A stretch of 64,000 nucleotides of DNA from an uncultured Chloroflexia bacterium (GCA_963734535.1 CAVTHS010000010.1:96001-160000), one strand, 5' to 3'. Positions 30,284 to 43,428 are shown, numbered from the stretch's first letter. Numbers and translations: made by a program. The notes: generated by a model from the sequence alone, not told the origin.

Positions 30284-32268
30284 TGGAGATCACCTCCTGC
30301 GATCGACTGCGTCGTCGCGGGCGCGAACGACGGGGTTGGGACCGGGTGGATGGCCTCGTGGGGCCCGCGGCCGGTCAGGACCGAGACGCTTGGGCAGCCG
30401 TAGACGGCGTCGCAACGGAAGCAGCGGGACGCCTCCGAGCGGGCGACGTCCTCGGCGAAGCCGGCCTGCGTTGCGGCGAACGTTCCGAGCTGGACCACCG
30501 GGAGCGGCGGGTGCGCGCGCGGCCGGGGCGCGAGGTCGAGCGACAGCGAGCGCTCGGGCCTGGTGGGATAGCGGACCGCGGCCATGATCTCGGCCTCGCC
30601 GTCCGGGGAGCCGGCCAGGTACTCGTGAATCGAAGCCGCTGCGCGCCGTCCGGCTGCGACCGCGTCGATGATCGTCTTGGGCCCGGAGACGACGTCGCCG
30701 CCGGCGAAGATCCCGGCACGGCCGGTGGCGAGCGTGCGGGGGTCGGCCACGATGCCGGCCCAGCCGCTGACCTCGATGCCGGCTCCCTCGGGGAGGATGG
30801 ACGGATCGGGCTCCTCGCCGATCGCGACGAGGATCGTGCTGGCCGGGACCTCCCGGATCGCGCCGGGGACCGCGGCGTAGACGGGGCGGCCGCGCTCGAC
30901 CTGGCCCGTCGGCCGCTGCTCCTGGACGCGAAGCGCCATGACGGCTCCCTCGCGCCCGACAACCTCGGTCGGGGCAAGCCCGGCAAGGATCGTGATCCCC
31001 TCGCGTTCGGCCGCTTCCACCTCCTCTTCCTGGGCCGGCATGTCACCCCGGCCGCGCCGGTAGACGATGCTCACGGAGTCGGCGCCGGAGCGCCACGCGG
31101 AGCGAGCGGCGTCCATGGCCGTGCTGCCGCCGCCGACCACGATGACCGGGCCCGACAGGCGCGGATTCTCGCCGAGGTTGACCTCCTTGAGGAAGCGTGT
31201 CGCCGGGATCACCCCGCGCGCGTCGTCGCCCGGGACTCCGAGCCGCCGGCTCTTCGAGGCGCCGGTCGCCAGGAAGACAGCCTTGAAGCCCTCGCGCTCG
31301 AGGTCGCCGAGCGTGAAGTCGCGGCCCATCGCGGTGTCAAGGCGGAGCTCGACGCCGAGCCCCACGATCCGCTCGATCTCCTCGCGGAGGACGGTCCTGG
31401 GAAGACGGTACTCAGGGATCCCGATCGCCATCATCCCGCCCGGCACCGGCATGGCCTCCATGACCGACACCGAGTACCCGAGGCGAGCGAGGTAGTACGC
31501 GGCGGACATGCCGGCGGGGCCACCGCCGACGATCGCGACGCGCTCCGCCCGCATTGTCGCGGGCCTGGCGACGGCCGGGAGCTTCCCGTGCTCGACCGCG
31601 AAGCGCTTGATGGTCCTGATCGAGATGGGCTCATCCAGCGTCCCGCGCCGGCATGCCGACTCGCACGGCGCCGTGCAGATCCAGCCGCAGACGGACGGGA
31701 ACGGGTTCACCTCCGCGGCCACCGCGTAGGCGTCGTCGTACCGTCCGGCCGCCACGAGCCCGACGTAGCGGCCCGCGTCGGTGCCGGCCGGACACGCCTC
31801 CTGGCACGGCGCGATGGGCGATGCGGGGCCTTCGGTGACCATCGACTGCCACACCTGCCACGGCTCCGGCCGCGAGCGGGTCCGCCAGGTGAAGAGGTCG
31901 CCGAACGGCGAATCGTGAACGGGCTTGAGCGCTTCGCGAGTGACCGCGGAGAGCGGCACCCAGCCGCCTTCGTCGGCGGCCGGCCGCTCGATGGGGCCCT
32001 GGCGGGCGACGAGCGGCGTCGGCTCCTTCATCACGGCCAGCGTCATGACGTTCGGCGGACACTCCCGGATGCAGATCGAGCAGCCGATGCACTCGCCGAC
32101 CTGGACGGGGTGCTCCATCATCCACGGGAGCGGCCTGCCGCCCTCGCTGCCAGCCTCGATGCCCGCCGCGGCCGGGCGGCTCATGTCGAGCGCTTCGACC
32201 GGGCAGACGTCCATGCAGACGCCGCAGTTGATGCAATTCCCGTGATCGATGTCGATGCGATAGCCCAT
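30280..32268 (-). CDS. FAD/NAD(P)H-dependent Fe-S oxidoreductase (GltD/NfnB/SudA-like) with N-terminal 2x[4Fe-4S] ferredoxin
   Basis: CINCGVCMDVCP, CIGCSICIRECP, PCQEACP, CGWICTAPCESAC, VGGGPAG, GIPEYRL, VGGGSTAMD, YRRG, FAGGD, RCFRC; RBS gggagg. Confidence 0.9.
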   Translation of the reverse strand: MGYRIDIDHGNCINCGVCMDVCPVEALDMSRPAAAGIEAGSEGGRPLPWMMEHPVQVGECIGCSICIRECPPNVMTLAVMKEPTPLVARQGPIERPAADEGGWVPLSAVTREALKPVHDSPFGDLFTWRTRSRPEPWQVWQSMVTEGPASPIAPCQEACPAGTDAGRYVGLVAAGRYDDAYAVAAEVNPFPSVCGWICTAPCESACRRGTLDEPISIRTIKRFAVEHGKLPAVARPATMRAERVAIVGGGPAGMSAAYYLARLGYSVSVMEAMPVPGGMMAIGIPEYRLPRTVLREEIERIVGLGVELRLDTAMGRDFTLGDLEREGFKAVFLATGASKSRRLGVPGDDARGVIPATRFLKEVNLGENPRLSGPVIVVGGGSTAMDAARSAWRSGADSVSIVYRRGRGDMPAQEEEVEAAEREGITILAGLAPTEVVGREGAVMALRVQEQRPTGQVERGRPVYAAVPGAIREVPASTILVAIGEEPDPSILPEGAGIEVSGWAGIVADPRTLATGRAGIFAGGDVVSGPKTIIDAVAAGRRAAASIHEYLAGSPDGEAEIMAAVRYPTRPERSLSLDLAPRPRAHPPLPVVQLGTFAATQAGFAEDVARSEASRCFRCDAVYGCPSVSVLTGRGPHEAIHPVPTPSFAPATTQSIAGGDLQ

Positions 32269-32464
32269 GGCATGCCTCCCTGCGGATCCCGCCGGTTGAG
32301 CATGCGGCTGGGCCGGCGGGAGCGCCACGTTCGGTCGAGCGGGAGGAGCACCCATCCGACCGGGTGGGATGCGGGGGCCATTCGGCCCGCCTTGGGGCAG
32401 GCCATCTGGCACCCCGGACCCGGACGACGTCGGCGCGTTGCAGGTCCCCGGGGCCCCGGCGCGC

Positions 32465-32524
32465 GCCCGCCGGCCAGGGTCCGGTCGCGCGGGGGCCCGC
32501 CGGCCAGGCTCCGCTCGCGCGGGG
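32465..32524. repeat. Tandem 30-bp direct repeat (2 copies, 2 mismatches)
   Basis: gcccgccggccagggtccggtcgcgcgggg / gcccgccggccaggctccgctcgcgcgggg. Confidence 0.75.
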
Positions 32525-32549
32525 GCCGGTCAGCCGCCCGCGGATCAGC

Positions 32550-33212
32550 TCATCGGTCGGGGACGAGGCCCTCACGAACCGCACGGGCGGCGACCTCGGT
32601 GCGGCTGCCCGCGTGGAGCTTCTCCAGGATGTTGCGGAGGTGGAACTTGGTGGTGTTCTCGGAGATCCCCAGCTCCGCGGCGATCTCCTTGTTCCGCAGC
32701 CCGGCGACAACAAGCCGGAGCACCTCGACCTCGCGCTCGGTCAGGCGATCGGGCTCCGGCGCGACTCCCCCACTCCCGGCTCCCGCGGTCCGGGTGGTCG
32801 GGCGGGCGACCTCGGTGAGGATCCGCGCCGCGGTCACCGGCGAGATGGCCACCTCGCCACGCTCGACCGCCTCGAGCATCGCCCGAAGCTGGGGGGCCTC
32901 GAGGTCCTTGAGGAGGTAGCCGCGGGCGCCGGCCTTGATCGCGGTGAAGAGGTCATCCTCGTCCTCGCTCGCGGTGAGCATCACGATCGGAATCTCCGGG
33001 TGGTTCGCGGCGAGGCGAACCGTGGCGTCGATGCCTCCGCCGCCCGGCATCCGGACATCCATCAGGACGAGGTCGGGAGCGAGCTGCCCGGCGAGCTCCA
33101 CCGCCTCATCGCCGTCCGCGGCGAAACCGACGACCTCGTGGCCCCACGCGGCGAGGAGCGAGGCGACTCCGTCGCGGAAGAGCGCGTGGTCGTCGGCCAG
33201 CAGGACGCGCAT
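32550..33212 (-). CDS. NarL/LuxR-family response regulator
   Basis: VLLADDHALFRDG, VLMDVRMP, GARGYLLKD, LTEREVEVL...NKEIA HTH. Confidence 0.95.
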   Translation of the reverse strand: MRVLLADDHALFRDGVASLLAAWGHEVVGFAADGDEAVELAGQLAPDLVLMDVRMPGGGGIDATVRLAANHPEIPIVMLTASEDEDDLFTAIKAGARGYLLKDLEAPQLRAMLEAVERGEVAISPVTAARILTEVARPTTRTAGAGSGGVAPEPDRLTEREVEVLRLVVAGLRNKEIAAELGISENTTKFHLRNILEKLHAGSRTEVAARAVREGLVPDR

Positions 33213-34735
33213 CAGGCCGTGATCGGCGCCGGCCCGGACGTCGGCCCGGACGATTCGCGTGCCACCTCGGGCGCCTGCTCGGGCGTGAGGTCGACGGCCG
33301 CGGCCAGGGCGGGCTCGGGGGCCGCGCGCGCCGCCGCCCCCGGCGTCGCCTCCTGGGCGGGCAGGCGCGCCACCGTCGGCCCTGGCTCTGGCGGCAACAC
33401 CCCGGGGGCCTCGACGATCGGGCGAAACGGTGCCGCGAGCCGCACGACCGCGCCGCCATCCGGGGAATTCTCAAGGTCGAGGATCCCGCCGATACCGGCG
33501 GCCCGTTCGGTCATGGAACGGAGTCCGTAGTGTGGGCGGCCGTCCCCGGCCGCGCCGGCCGTGAAGCCGCGGCCGTCGTCGCGGATCACGACGATCAGGT
33601 GATCCGCCTCGGAGCGAATGTCGATGGTGACGCGTCGCGCGCCCGCGTGCTTGCGCACGTTGGTGAGCGCCTCCGCGACGATCCGGAATGCCTGCGTCTC
33701 GACGTCCGGCTCGAGCCGCGCTGCCTCGACCTCCGGGGCCGCGTGGACGCGTATGGCGAGCTTCGCCGACTCCGCAACACCCGCGGCGTGCACCCGGATC
33801 GCGGCCACCAGCCCGGACGCCGGCCCGATCGGGCTGCGCAGGCCGAGGATCGTCTCGCGGACGTCGACGTAGACGGATCGCGCCGCCGCCGAGAGCTCGC
33901 CGAGCTGGGCGCGCGCTTCGTCGACGCGGCCCACGGCAAGGAATCCGTCGACGGCCTGCGACTTCGTGTTGACGTAGCCGAGCACCTGCGAAAGCCCGTC
34001 ATGGAGCTCGCGCGCGATCCGCTCCCGCTCACCGACGACCGCAAGCTCCCGCAGCCGCGCCTCCAGCCGGGCGTTCTCCAGGGCGATCGTGGCCTGGTTG
34101 GCCAGCGACGACAGCGTCTCGACGGCATCCGCGTCGAAGCTGCGAGCCTCCGCCGCGCCGACGGCGAGCAGCCCGATCGTCGTCCCGCCGCGCTGGAGGG
34201 GGGCCGCCACGCGAGCGACCGCGGAAGCCGGCACGACGAAGCGGAGGATCTGGTCCGCGGCGGTCACCTCGGGCGCATCGGCGGGATCCGCGCCGGGGGC
34301 GGGGAGCGTCGCGACCAGCGCACCGGGGATGGCGCTCGCCGCGCGACGGGCGAGGCGTCCGTCGGGACCGGCCAGGAGGAGCACGACGGCGTCCACCCCG
34401 AGAAGCTCGCGGGTGTGGGTCACGATGGCATCGAGCACGCGCTCGACATCGGTCAGGGAGGCGAGCGCGACGCTCACGCGGTGCAGGGCGCGGGCGGACG
34501 TCTCGCGGGCTTCGAGCTCCTGGTTGCGGCGGCGGAGGGTGCCGGTGAGCGTGTCGATCCTGCCGAATGCGAGCGCGCCGAAGATCCCGCCGAGCACCAG
34601 CGTGACGGCCACCACGACGAGCGTGTCGACCGGGAAGGCGAACGCCTCGTCGAGGAGCTTGTCGCTGACGATCTCGATGGCGCCCACGACGAGCGCGGGC
34701 ACGAGGACGAGGAGCCAACGGGCTCGATTGTTCAC
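33212..34735 (-). CDS. GAF-domain sensor histidine kinase (HisKA_3, NarX-like)
   Basis: Two N-terminal TMs, GAF ending IALENARL, ERERIARELHD, EALTNVRKHA, DDGRGF, HYGLRSM. Confidence 0.93.
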   Translation of the reverse strand: MNNRARWLLVLVPALVVGAIEIVSDKLLDEAFAFPVDTLVVVAVTLVLGGIFGALAFGRIDTLTGTLRRRNQELEARETSARALHRVSVALASLTDVERVLDAIVTHTRELLGVDAVVLLLAGPDGRLARRAASAIPGALVATLPAPGADPADAPEVTAADQILRFVVPASAVARVAAPLQRGGTTIGLLAVGAAEARSFDADAVETLSSLANQATIALENARLEARLRELAVVGERERIARELHDGLSQVLGYVNTKSQAVDGFLAVGRVDEARAQLGELSAAARSVYVDVRETILGLRSPIGPASGLVAAIRVHAAGVAESAKLAIRVHAAPEVEAARLEPDVETQAFRIVAEALTNVRKHAGARRVTIDIRSEADHLIVVIRDDGRGFTAGAAGDGRPHYGLRSMTERAAGIGGILDLENSPDGGAVVRLAAPFRPIVEAPGVLPPEPGPTVARLPAQEATPGAAARAAPEPALAAAVDLTPEQAPEVARESSGPTSGPAPITA

Positions 34736-34828
34736 GCGGACCTCGAAGCCGACCCACCGGCGGAGCCCGGACGGTCGGCGGAAGCATACGCCCGGGTCGC
34801 CGAGCGTCCGGCGGGAAGCGAGCCCGCG

Positions 34829-35182
34829 TCAGTCGCGGGGTCCTGCCGCCTCGTGACGGAGGAGGACGCGAGCCAGGTCGTCGATCGCGTCCCGGAACGC
34901 GAGAACGAGATCGGCCGGAAGGACCTCCGCGACAGAATCCTTCGGTCCATACGCGGCGCGCGCCCGCCGCGCCACGGAACGGAGCTCGCCGGCGGGGGCG
35001 TCCCGCAGGCGATCGGGCAACGGTCCGAGGAAAGCGGCCCACCGCGCCGCGCCCGGTGAGCCCGCCGATTCCGCTGCCCGCGCCGCGTCCACGAGGCGGT
35101 CCGCGTGGCGCGCGGCCGCGAGCGCCGCCTCGTCGATCGCCGGGAGCTCGTGCCGTCCGGGGCGGGGTGGCTGGGCCGACAC
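34829..35182 (-). CDS. Hypothetical helical protein
   Basis: GTG start just downstream of the DUF6941 gene; RARAAYGPKDSVAE. Confidence 0.55.
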   Translation of the reverse strand: MSAQPPRPGRHELPAIDEAALAAARHADRLVDAARAAESAGSPGAARWAAFLGPLPDRLRDAPAGELRSVARRARAAYGPKDSVAEVLPADLVLAFRDAIDDLARVLLRHEAAGPRD

Positions 35183-35190
35183 CGCGCCGG

Positions 35191-35610
35191 TCAGTTCAGC
35201 CCGGTCGGCTCGGCGATCCGCTCGACGACCAGCGAGATCCGCTTCCGCTCGGAGCCGTTGACGAGGACACGCAGCGAATGGTCGCCGGGTGCGTTGAACC
35301 CGAGGTTCCACAGGTCGATCGCGAACGTGACGACCGTGTCGCGCCCGTCCCGCGGCCCATGGGCGGCGATCAGGCCGTTCGCCCCGGCGATCTCGGACCC
35401 GTCGGGAGCCAGCAGCACGAAGCGGACGTCGTGTTCCGTGTCGAGCTCGGGCGAGGTGACCAGCAGCCCGACGACGAGCGCCAGGTGCGGGTGCCGGAAC
35501 GGGAACGACTGCGCTCCCAGCCTGGTCACACCGCCGCCGAGCACGTGGAACTTCTCGCCGGGGCGTGCATCGGCAGAGTCGGCAAGGAAGGCGAATTCGA
35601 TCTCGGGCAT
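35191..35610 (-). CDS. DUF6941-like protein
   Basis: AFLADSA...KFHVLGGG...FP...PGDHSLRVLVNG. Confidence 0.7.
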   Translation of the reverse strand: MPEIEFAFLADSADARPGEKFHVLGGGVTRLGAQSFPFRHPHLALVVGLLVTSPELDTEHDVRFVLLAPDGSEIAGANGLIAAHGPRDGRDTVVTFAIDLWNLGFNAPGDHSLRVLVNGSERKRISLVVERIAEPTGLN

Positions 35611-35700
35611 GCCCGGATGGTACGTCCGCGGCGATCAGGCCGCCGGTCCGGACGGCTCCACCGGCGGCCCCATCGACAGCGGACCGATGCCGGCGGGCCG

Positions 35701-38718
<3,018 letters not shown>

Positions 38719-38751
38719 TGCCGGTGCAGTGTACCCGGTTCGGCAGCTACC

Positions 38752-38763
38752 GCACAGGTGTTC
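38752..38763 (-). promoter_or_regulatory. Putative LexA (SOS) box upstream of uvrA
   Basis: GAAC-ACCT-GTGC on the minus strand, one mismatch to GAAC-N4-GTTC, over the -35 region of a TACACT -10 (38728-38733). Confidence 0.6.
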
Positions 38764-38830
38764 TATTCGATTCGCCGCGACTCGGCGCGGCTCCTGCCCA
38801 TCCTGCGCCCGCTTCAGCTCCTGGGCCGCA

Positions 38831-39673
38831 TCAGGTCCGGCGGGGCGGGCCGGCCTGCACGCGCCCGAGGAGCTGCTCGAACGAGCCGCGGAGCGGCGAC
38901 AGGCTCTCAAGCCACCACGTGGCGCCGGCGTCCTCGTACCTCGCGACCAGGTCGACCTCCCGCGGTTCCGAGAACGCGAAGAGCGCGACGTCCACCGGAT
39001 CATCCGCGCGACCGAGCGCGGCTCGCTCCCGGCGCAGCCGCTCCACCATCGCGCCGAAGGCGTCCGGATGCAGCTCCATGGTTGATCCGTCCTCCGAGAC
39101 CGCGATTGCGATCCAACCGTCCCACCGCGCGGCTCGGCGAATTGCGCCCGGGCGCATCCCGCCGAGCCAGATCGGCGGGCGAGGCTGCTGCACGGGTCGG
39201 GGTCCGACGGCGACGTCCTTCCCGCCGTCATCGCCAGCCGTCCATGCGAGGCGGCGCCCACGCAGGAGCGCATCGACGACATCCGCGGCCTCGTCCATCC
39301 TCCGGATGCGCTGGGGGGCCTCGAACGGCTCGCCGAACGCAGCGAAGTCTCCCGGATCGGCTCCGGCGCCGATGCCCAGCACGAGCCGCCCGCCGCTGAG
39401 GCGATCCAGCGTTCCCGCGGCCTGCGCCACCAGCTGCGGCCGGCGGCGGGGCAGGACGATGACCGACGTGATGAGCCGGAGCCGCTCCGTGGCCGCGGCG
39501 ACCGCGGCCAGCACGACGAACGGGTCCGCCGCCTCCGCGTCCATCGAGACGCCGAGGCTGTCCCACGTGCTCAGGCCGTCCCAGCCCGCCGCCTCGGCCG
39601 CCACGGCCAGCCGGAGGATCGCTCGCGGATCTGCCAGCTCGCCGAGCGGCGCAACATCGATCGCGTAGCGCAT
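38831..39673 (-). CDS. LLM-class flavin-dependent oxidoreductase
   Basis: [57 protein letters not shown]. Confidence 0.9.
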   Translation of the reverse strand: MRYAIDVAPLGELADPRAILRLAVAAEAAGWDGLSTWDSLGVSMDAEAADPFVVLAAVAAATERLRLITSVIVLPRRRPQLVAQAAGTLDRLSGGRLVLGIGAGADPGDFAAFGEPFEAPQRIRRMDEAADVVDALLRGRRLAWTAGDDGGKDVAVGPRPVQQPRPPIWLGGMRPGAIRRAARWDGWIAIAVSEDGSTMELHPDAFGAMVERLRRERAALGRADDPVDVALFAFSEPREVDLVARYEDAGATWWLESLSPLRGSFEQLLGRVQAGPPRRT

Positions 39674-39679
39674 GGGTCG

Positions 39680-42067
39680 TCAGCGCCGCGGCGACCGGCG
39701 GCCGGATCGCTTCCGGACGTTCGGCGTCACCGTGTGATCCCAGGTGGGGCGATCCAGCCAGCGAGCCTGCCACCCGCCGTCGTCCGTGTCGTCGTGCTCG
39801 TCGCGCAGGCCGGGCAGCCAATCCGACGCCGTGCCCTCCTCCGTGCCGGGCTCCTCGCCGGCCTCGACGACGCGGACGGCCGTCACCTCGAGGCCGCGGT
39901 CGTCCCCCGCGGTCTCCGGGCGGCCGGAGCCGCGACGCGATCCGGGGCGGCCCGACCGGCCCGCCCGGCTCCCCGGCGTGGAGGCACCTGACCCCGACGA
40001 TCCCGCGCGCCCGGATGATGCCGCCGGCTCTGTGCCGGCCCGCTCCGCTGCCCGCCCAACGCTGATCGAGGCGTCCTCGGTGAGGACGCGCAGACGGATC
40101 TCCTGGACCTGGTCCCGGATCGTCGCGGCCCGCTCGAACTCGAGGTTCTTGGCGGCATTCCGCATCTCGGCCTCCAGGCGTCCCACGAGCTCCTCGACCT
40201 GGCGACGCGTCCTGCCCTCGAGGTCGTGCCCGCGGCCGCCGGCCTCGTACTCGCCGCTCGACTCGGCCGCGACCCGGAGCCGGTCGTTGAGGTCGTGGAT
40301 CTCGCGGACGATCGTGATCGGCGTGATGCCGTGCTCGAGGTTGTAGCGCTGCTGCACGGCGCGCCGCCGGTCCGTCTCCTCGATCGCGGCGCGCATCGAC
40401 TCGGTGACGCGGTCCGCGTACATCACGACCTCGCCGCCGGTGTTGCGGGCGGCCCGGCCGATCATCTGGATCAGCGACCAGGCGCTTCGCAGGAAGCCCT
40501 CCTTGTCGGCGTCGAGGATTGCCACGAGCGTGACCTCCGGGAGGTCGATCCCTTCGCGGAGCAGGTTGATCCCGACGATCACGTCGTGGACGCCCAGCCG
40601 CAGGTCGCGCAGGATCTGGATCCGGTCGAGCGTGTCGACCTCGCTGTGGAGGTACTGGACCTTGATCCCGAGCTCGCGCAGGTAATCAGTCAGGTCCTCC
40701 GCGAGACGCTTGGTGAGCGTGGTCACGATCGCCCGCTCGCCGCGCTCGACGCGCTCCCGGATCCGTTCAAGGAGGTCGTCGATCTGGCCCTCGCTCGGGC
40801 GGACGGTGATCCCCGGGTCGACGATGCCGGTGGGCCTGATCAGCTGCTCCACCACCCGCTGGCTCTTCTCCAGCTCATACGGGCCTGGAGTCGCCGAGAC
40901 GTAGATCGCCTGGCGAACGGTCGCCTCCAGCTCCTCGAAGGTGAGGGGCCGGTTGTCGAGCGCCGACGGCAGACGGAAGCCGAAGTCGACGAGGATCTCC
41001 TTGCGCGTCCGATCGTTCTTGTACATGCCGACGGACTGCGGGATCGACATGTGAGATTCGTCGACGACGAGCAGCCAGTCCGGGGGAAAGTAGTCGAGCA
41101 GCGTCCAGGGCCGGCTTCCCGGCTCGCGCGCCGAGAGGTGGCGCGAGTAATTCTCGATGCCGGTGCAGTAGCCAAGCTCGCGCATCATCTCGAGGTCGAA
41201 TGTCGTGCGCTGGCGAAGCCGCGCGGCCTCGAGCGCACGACCCTCGGCTTCGAGACCGGCGAGTCGCTCCTCGAGCTCCGCGGCGATCGTCCCCATCGCA
41301 TGCTGGAGCTTGTCGGCCGGCGTCACGTAGTGGGTCGCGGGATACACGTTGAGCTCGGCGCGCTCGGCGATCAGCTCGCCGGTCAGCGGGTCCAGCTCCG
41401 TGATCCGCTCGATCTCGTCCCCGAAGAACTCGAGCCGCATGAGGCGGTCCTCGGACGACGGGATGAGCTCCAGGGTGTCCCCGCGGACGCGGAAACGGGA
41501 GCGCTGGAGGGCCTGGTCGTTGCGCTGGTACTGGAGGTCCACGAGGTGGCGCAGGACGGCGTCGCGCCGGTACTGGCCGCCCGTCCGCAGGCGCAGGACG
41601 GTCGCGCCGTAGTCGACCGGCGCTCCCAGGCCGTAGATGCAGCTGACCGACGCGACGATGATCACGTCCCTGCGCTCGAACAACGCCTTCGTCGCGGCGT
41701 GGCGAAGCTTGTCGATCTCCTCGTTCCGGCTCGAGTCTTTCTCGATGTACGTGTCCGAACGCGGCAGGTACGCCTCGGGCTGGTAGTAGTCGAAGTAGCT
41801 CACGAAGTACTCGACCGCGTTGTTCGGGAAGAAGTCGCGGAACTCGCTGTAGAGCTGCGCGGCCAGGGTCTTGTTGTGGGCAAGCACGAGCGTCGGCCGC
41901 TTGTGCTGGGCGATCACGCTCGCGATCGTGAACGTCTTGCCGCTTCCGGTGGCTCCAAGCAGGGTCTGGTGGCGCAGCCCGTGCGACAGGCCGTCCGCGA
42001 GCTTCTCGATCGCCTGCGGCTGGTCCCCGGTCGGCTGAAACGGCGCGACGAGCTCGAACTCCGGCAT
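39680..42067 (-). CDS. uvrB: Excinuclease ABC subunit B with C-terminal extension
   Basis: [51 protein letters not shown]. Confidence 0.98.
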   Translation of the reverse strand: MPEFELVAPFQPTGDQPQAIEKLADGLSHGLRHQTLLGATGSGKTFTIASVIAQHKRPTLVLAHNKTLAAQLYSEFRDFFPNNAVEYFVSYFDYYQPEAYLPRSDTYIEKDSSRNEEIDKLRHAATKALFERRDVIIVASVSCIYGLGAPVDYGATVLRLRTGGQYRRDAVLRHLVDLQYQRNDQALQRSRFRVRGDTLELIPSSEDRLMRLEFFGDEIERITELDPLTGELIAERAELNVYPATHYVTPADKLQHAMGTIAAELEERLAGLEAEGRALEAARLRQRTTFDLEMMRELGYCTGIENYSRHLSAREPGSRPWTLLDYFPPDWLLVVDESHMSIPQSVGMYKNDRTRKEILVDFGFRLPSALDNRPLTFEELEATVRQAIYVSATPGPYELEKSQRVVEQLIRPTGIVDPGITVRPSEGQIDDLLERIRERVERGERAIVTTLTKRLAEDLTDYLRELGIKVQYLHSEVDTLDRIQILRDLRLGVHDVIVGINLLREGIDLPEVTLVAILDADKEGFLRSAWSLIQMIGRAARNTGGEVVMYADRVTESMRAAIEETDRRRAVQQRYNLEHGITPITIVREIHDLNDRLRVAAESSGEYEAGGRGHDLEGRTRRQVEELVGRLEAEMRNAAKNLEFERAATIRDQVQEIRLRVLTEDASISVGRAAERAGTEPAASSGRAGSSGSGASTPGSRAGRSGRPGSRRGSGRPETAGDDRGLEVTAVRVVEAGEEPGTEEGTASDWLPGLRDEHDDTDDGGWQARWLDRPTWDHTVTPNVRKRSGRRSPRR

Positions 42068-42097
42068 TCCGAAACCATACACGAGTCCTCGGCTTTA

Positions 42098-42109
42098 GCA
42101 CAGCCGTTC
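42098..42109 (-). promoter_or_regulatory. Putative LexA (SOS) box upstream of uvrB
   Basis: GAAC-GGCT-GTGC on the minus strand, over the -35 region of a TATGGT -10 (42074-42079). Confidence 0.6.
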
Positions 42110-42292
42110 GATCGCTCGACGGCCTCACGCTGCTCCCGGGCTGCGGCCTCGGGGAGCTCGGGGCCGGGAGAGTACTAACGCGCACGGTCCAGGGGACCAA
42201 TCGGCGGTTTGATGATCTCGGGCCCGAGCGGATACTCGCAGCGGGCCGTCCATCGGGCGGGTTCCCACGCGCCGAATCCGTCTGGAGAGTTG

Positions 42293-42868
42293 ATGCGAAC
42301 GCTGCGCCACGGCATCCGGGCCGCGACGCGGAACGGCGGTTCCGCCGACGGAGGCCAGGGCCTGGTGGAGTTCGCCCTCGTCATCCCGATCTTCGTGGCG
42401 CTGCTCATGGGGGTCATCGAGTTCGGGTTCCTGTACAACAACCTGCTCACCGTCCAGTACGCCGCTCGCCAGGGCGTCAGCGCGGCCGCCCAGGCCGGCG
42501 GGGTCGACGGTGCCGACTGCTCGATCCTGAACGCCGTGGAGCACGCGCTGACGCCGCCGATCAACCACCAGCGGGTGGAGTTCGTGGACATCTTCCAGTC
42601 GGATGCGGCGGGCGACATCGTCCCGGGAGTCGTCAACCACTATGTCCGCTCAGGCACCCTGGACTGTCCCGGCACCGGCACGCAGCCCTATACCCTGATC
42701 GGGCCGGAGGGTTATCCGCAGGTCGGGCGGCGTGATGCGCTGGTCGAAGGGCTCGACGTGATCGGGGTCCGTGTCGGCTACCAGTACGTCGGGATGACGC
42801 CGGTCGCCTTCGGTCGCACCTGGGACCTGGCCGACGGAGCCACGCTGCGCATGGAGCCGAAGCAGTGA
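42293..42868 (+). CDS. TadE-like pseudopilin
   Basis: GQGLVEFALVIP prepilin motif, AARQGV. Confidence 0.88.
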   Translation: MRTLRHGIRAATRNGGSADGGQGLVEFALVIPIFVALLMGVIEFGFLYNNLLTVQYAARQGVSAAAQAGGVDGADCSILNAVEHALTPPINHQRVEFVDIFQSDAAGDIVPGVVNHYVRSGTLDCPGTGTQPYTLIGPEGYPQVGRRDALVEGLDVIGVRVGYQYVGMTPVAFGRTWDLADGATLRMEPKQ

Positions 42869-43428
42869 CACGGCGACAGCGGCGCGGCGGCCGGGGCCAG
42901 GCGATGGTCGAGTTCGCGCTCATCCTGCCGCTCTTCCTGATCATCCTCATGGGGATGCTCGAGTTCGGGATCGTCTTCGACCACCGCAACGCGATGTCGT
43001 ACGCGGTCCGAGAAGGCGCGCGCGTCGGTGCCAGCCTGGGCAATGGCGGGTCGCAGCCGTCGGGGGTCGATCCGGCGATCCTGGCTGCCGTTCAACGTGG
43101 CCTGACCGACCCGATCCTCATCGAGAACATCAGGTCGATCGAGATCTTCCAGGCGGACACGTCGGGCCAGCCGATCGCGGGCAAGATCGACACGTTCGAC
43201 CGCGCCGGCAACCCGGTCGGCACCGCAGGCTGGCCGGCGACGAGCCGCGTGCCTCCCGGCCTCGTGCAGGGTGCCGCTGGCGACTCGATCGGTGTGCGCG
43301 TCGTCTACGACTTCCGGCCGCAGACCCCACTCGGCACCCTCCTCGGGCTCTTCATCAACGGCAATCCGCCCTACACGACGATCCCCATGACGGACAAGGC
43401 CGTTACCCGGCTGGAACCGGCGCCATGA
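42865..43428 (+). CDS. TadE-like pseudopilin
   Basis: RGQAMVEFALILP, AVREGARVG. Confidence 0.9.
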   Translation: MTRRQRRGGRGQAMVEFALILPLFLIILMGMLEFGIVFDHRNAMSYAVREGARVGASLGNGGSQPSGVDPAILAAVQRGLTDPILIENIRSIEIFQADTSGQPIAGKIDTFDRAGNPVGTAGWPATSRVPPGLVQGAAGDSIGVRVVYDFRPQTPLGTLLGLFINGNPPYTTIPMTDKAVTRLEPAP

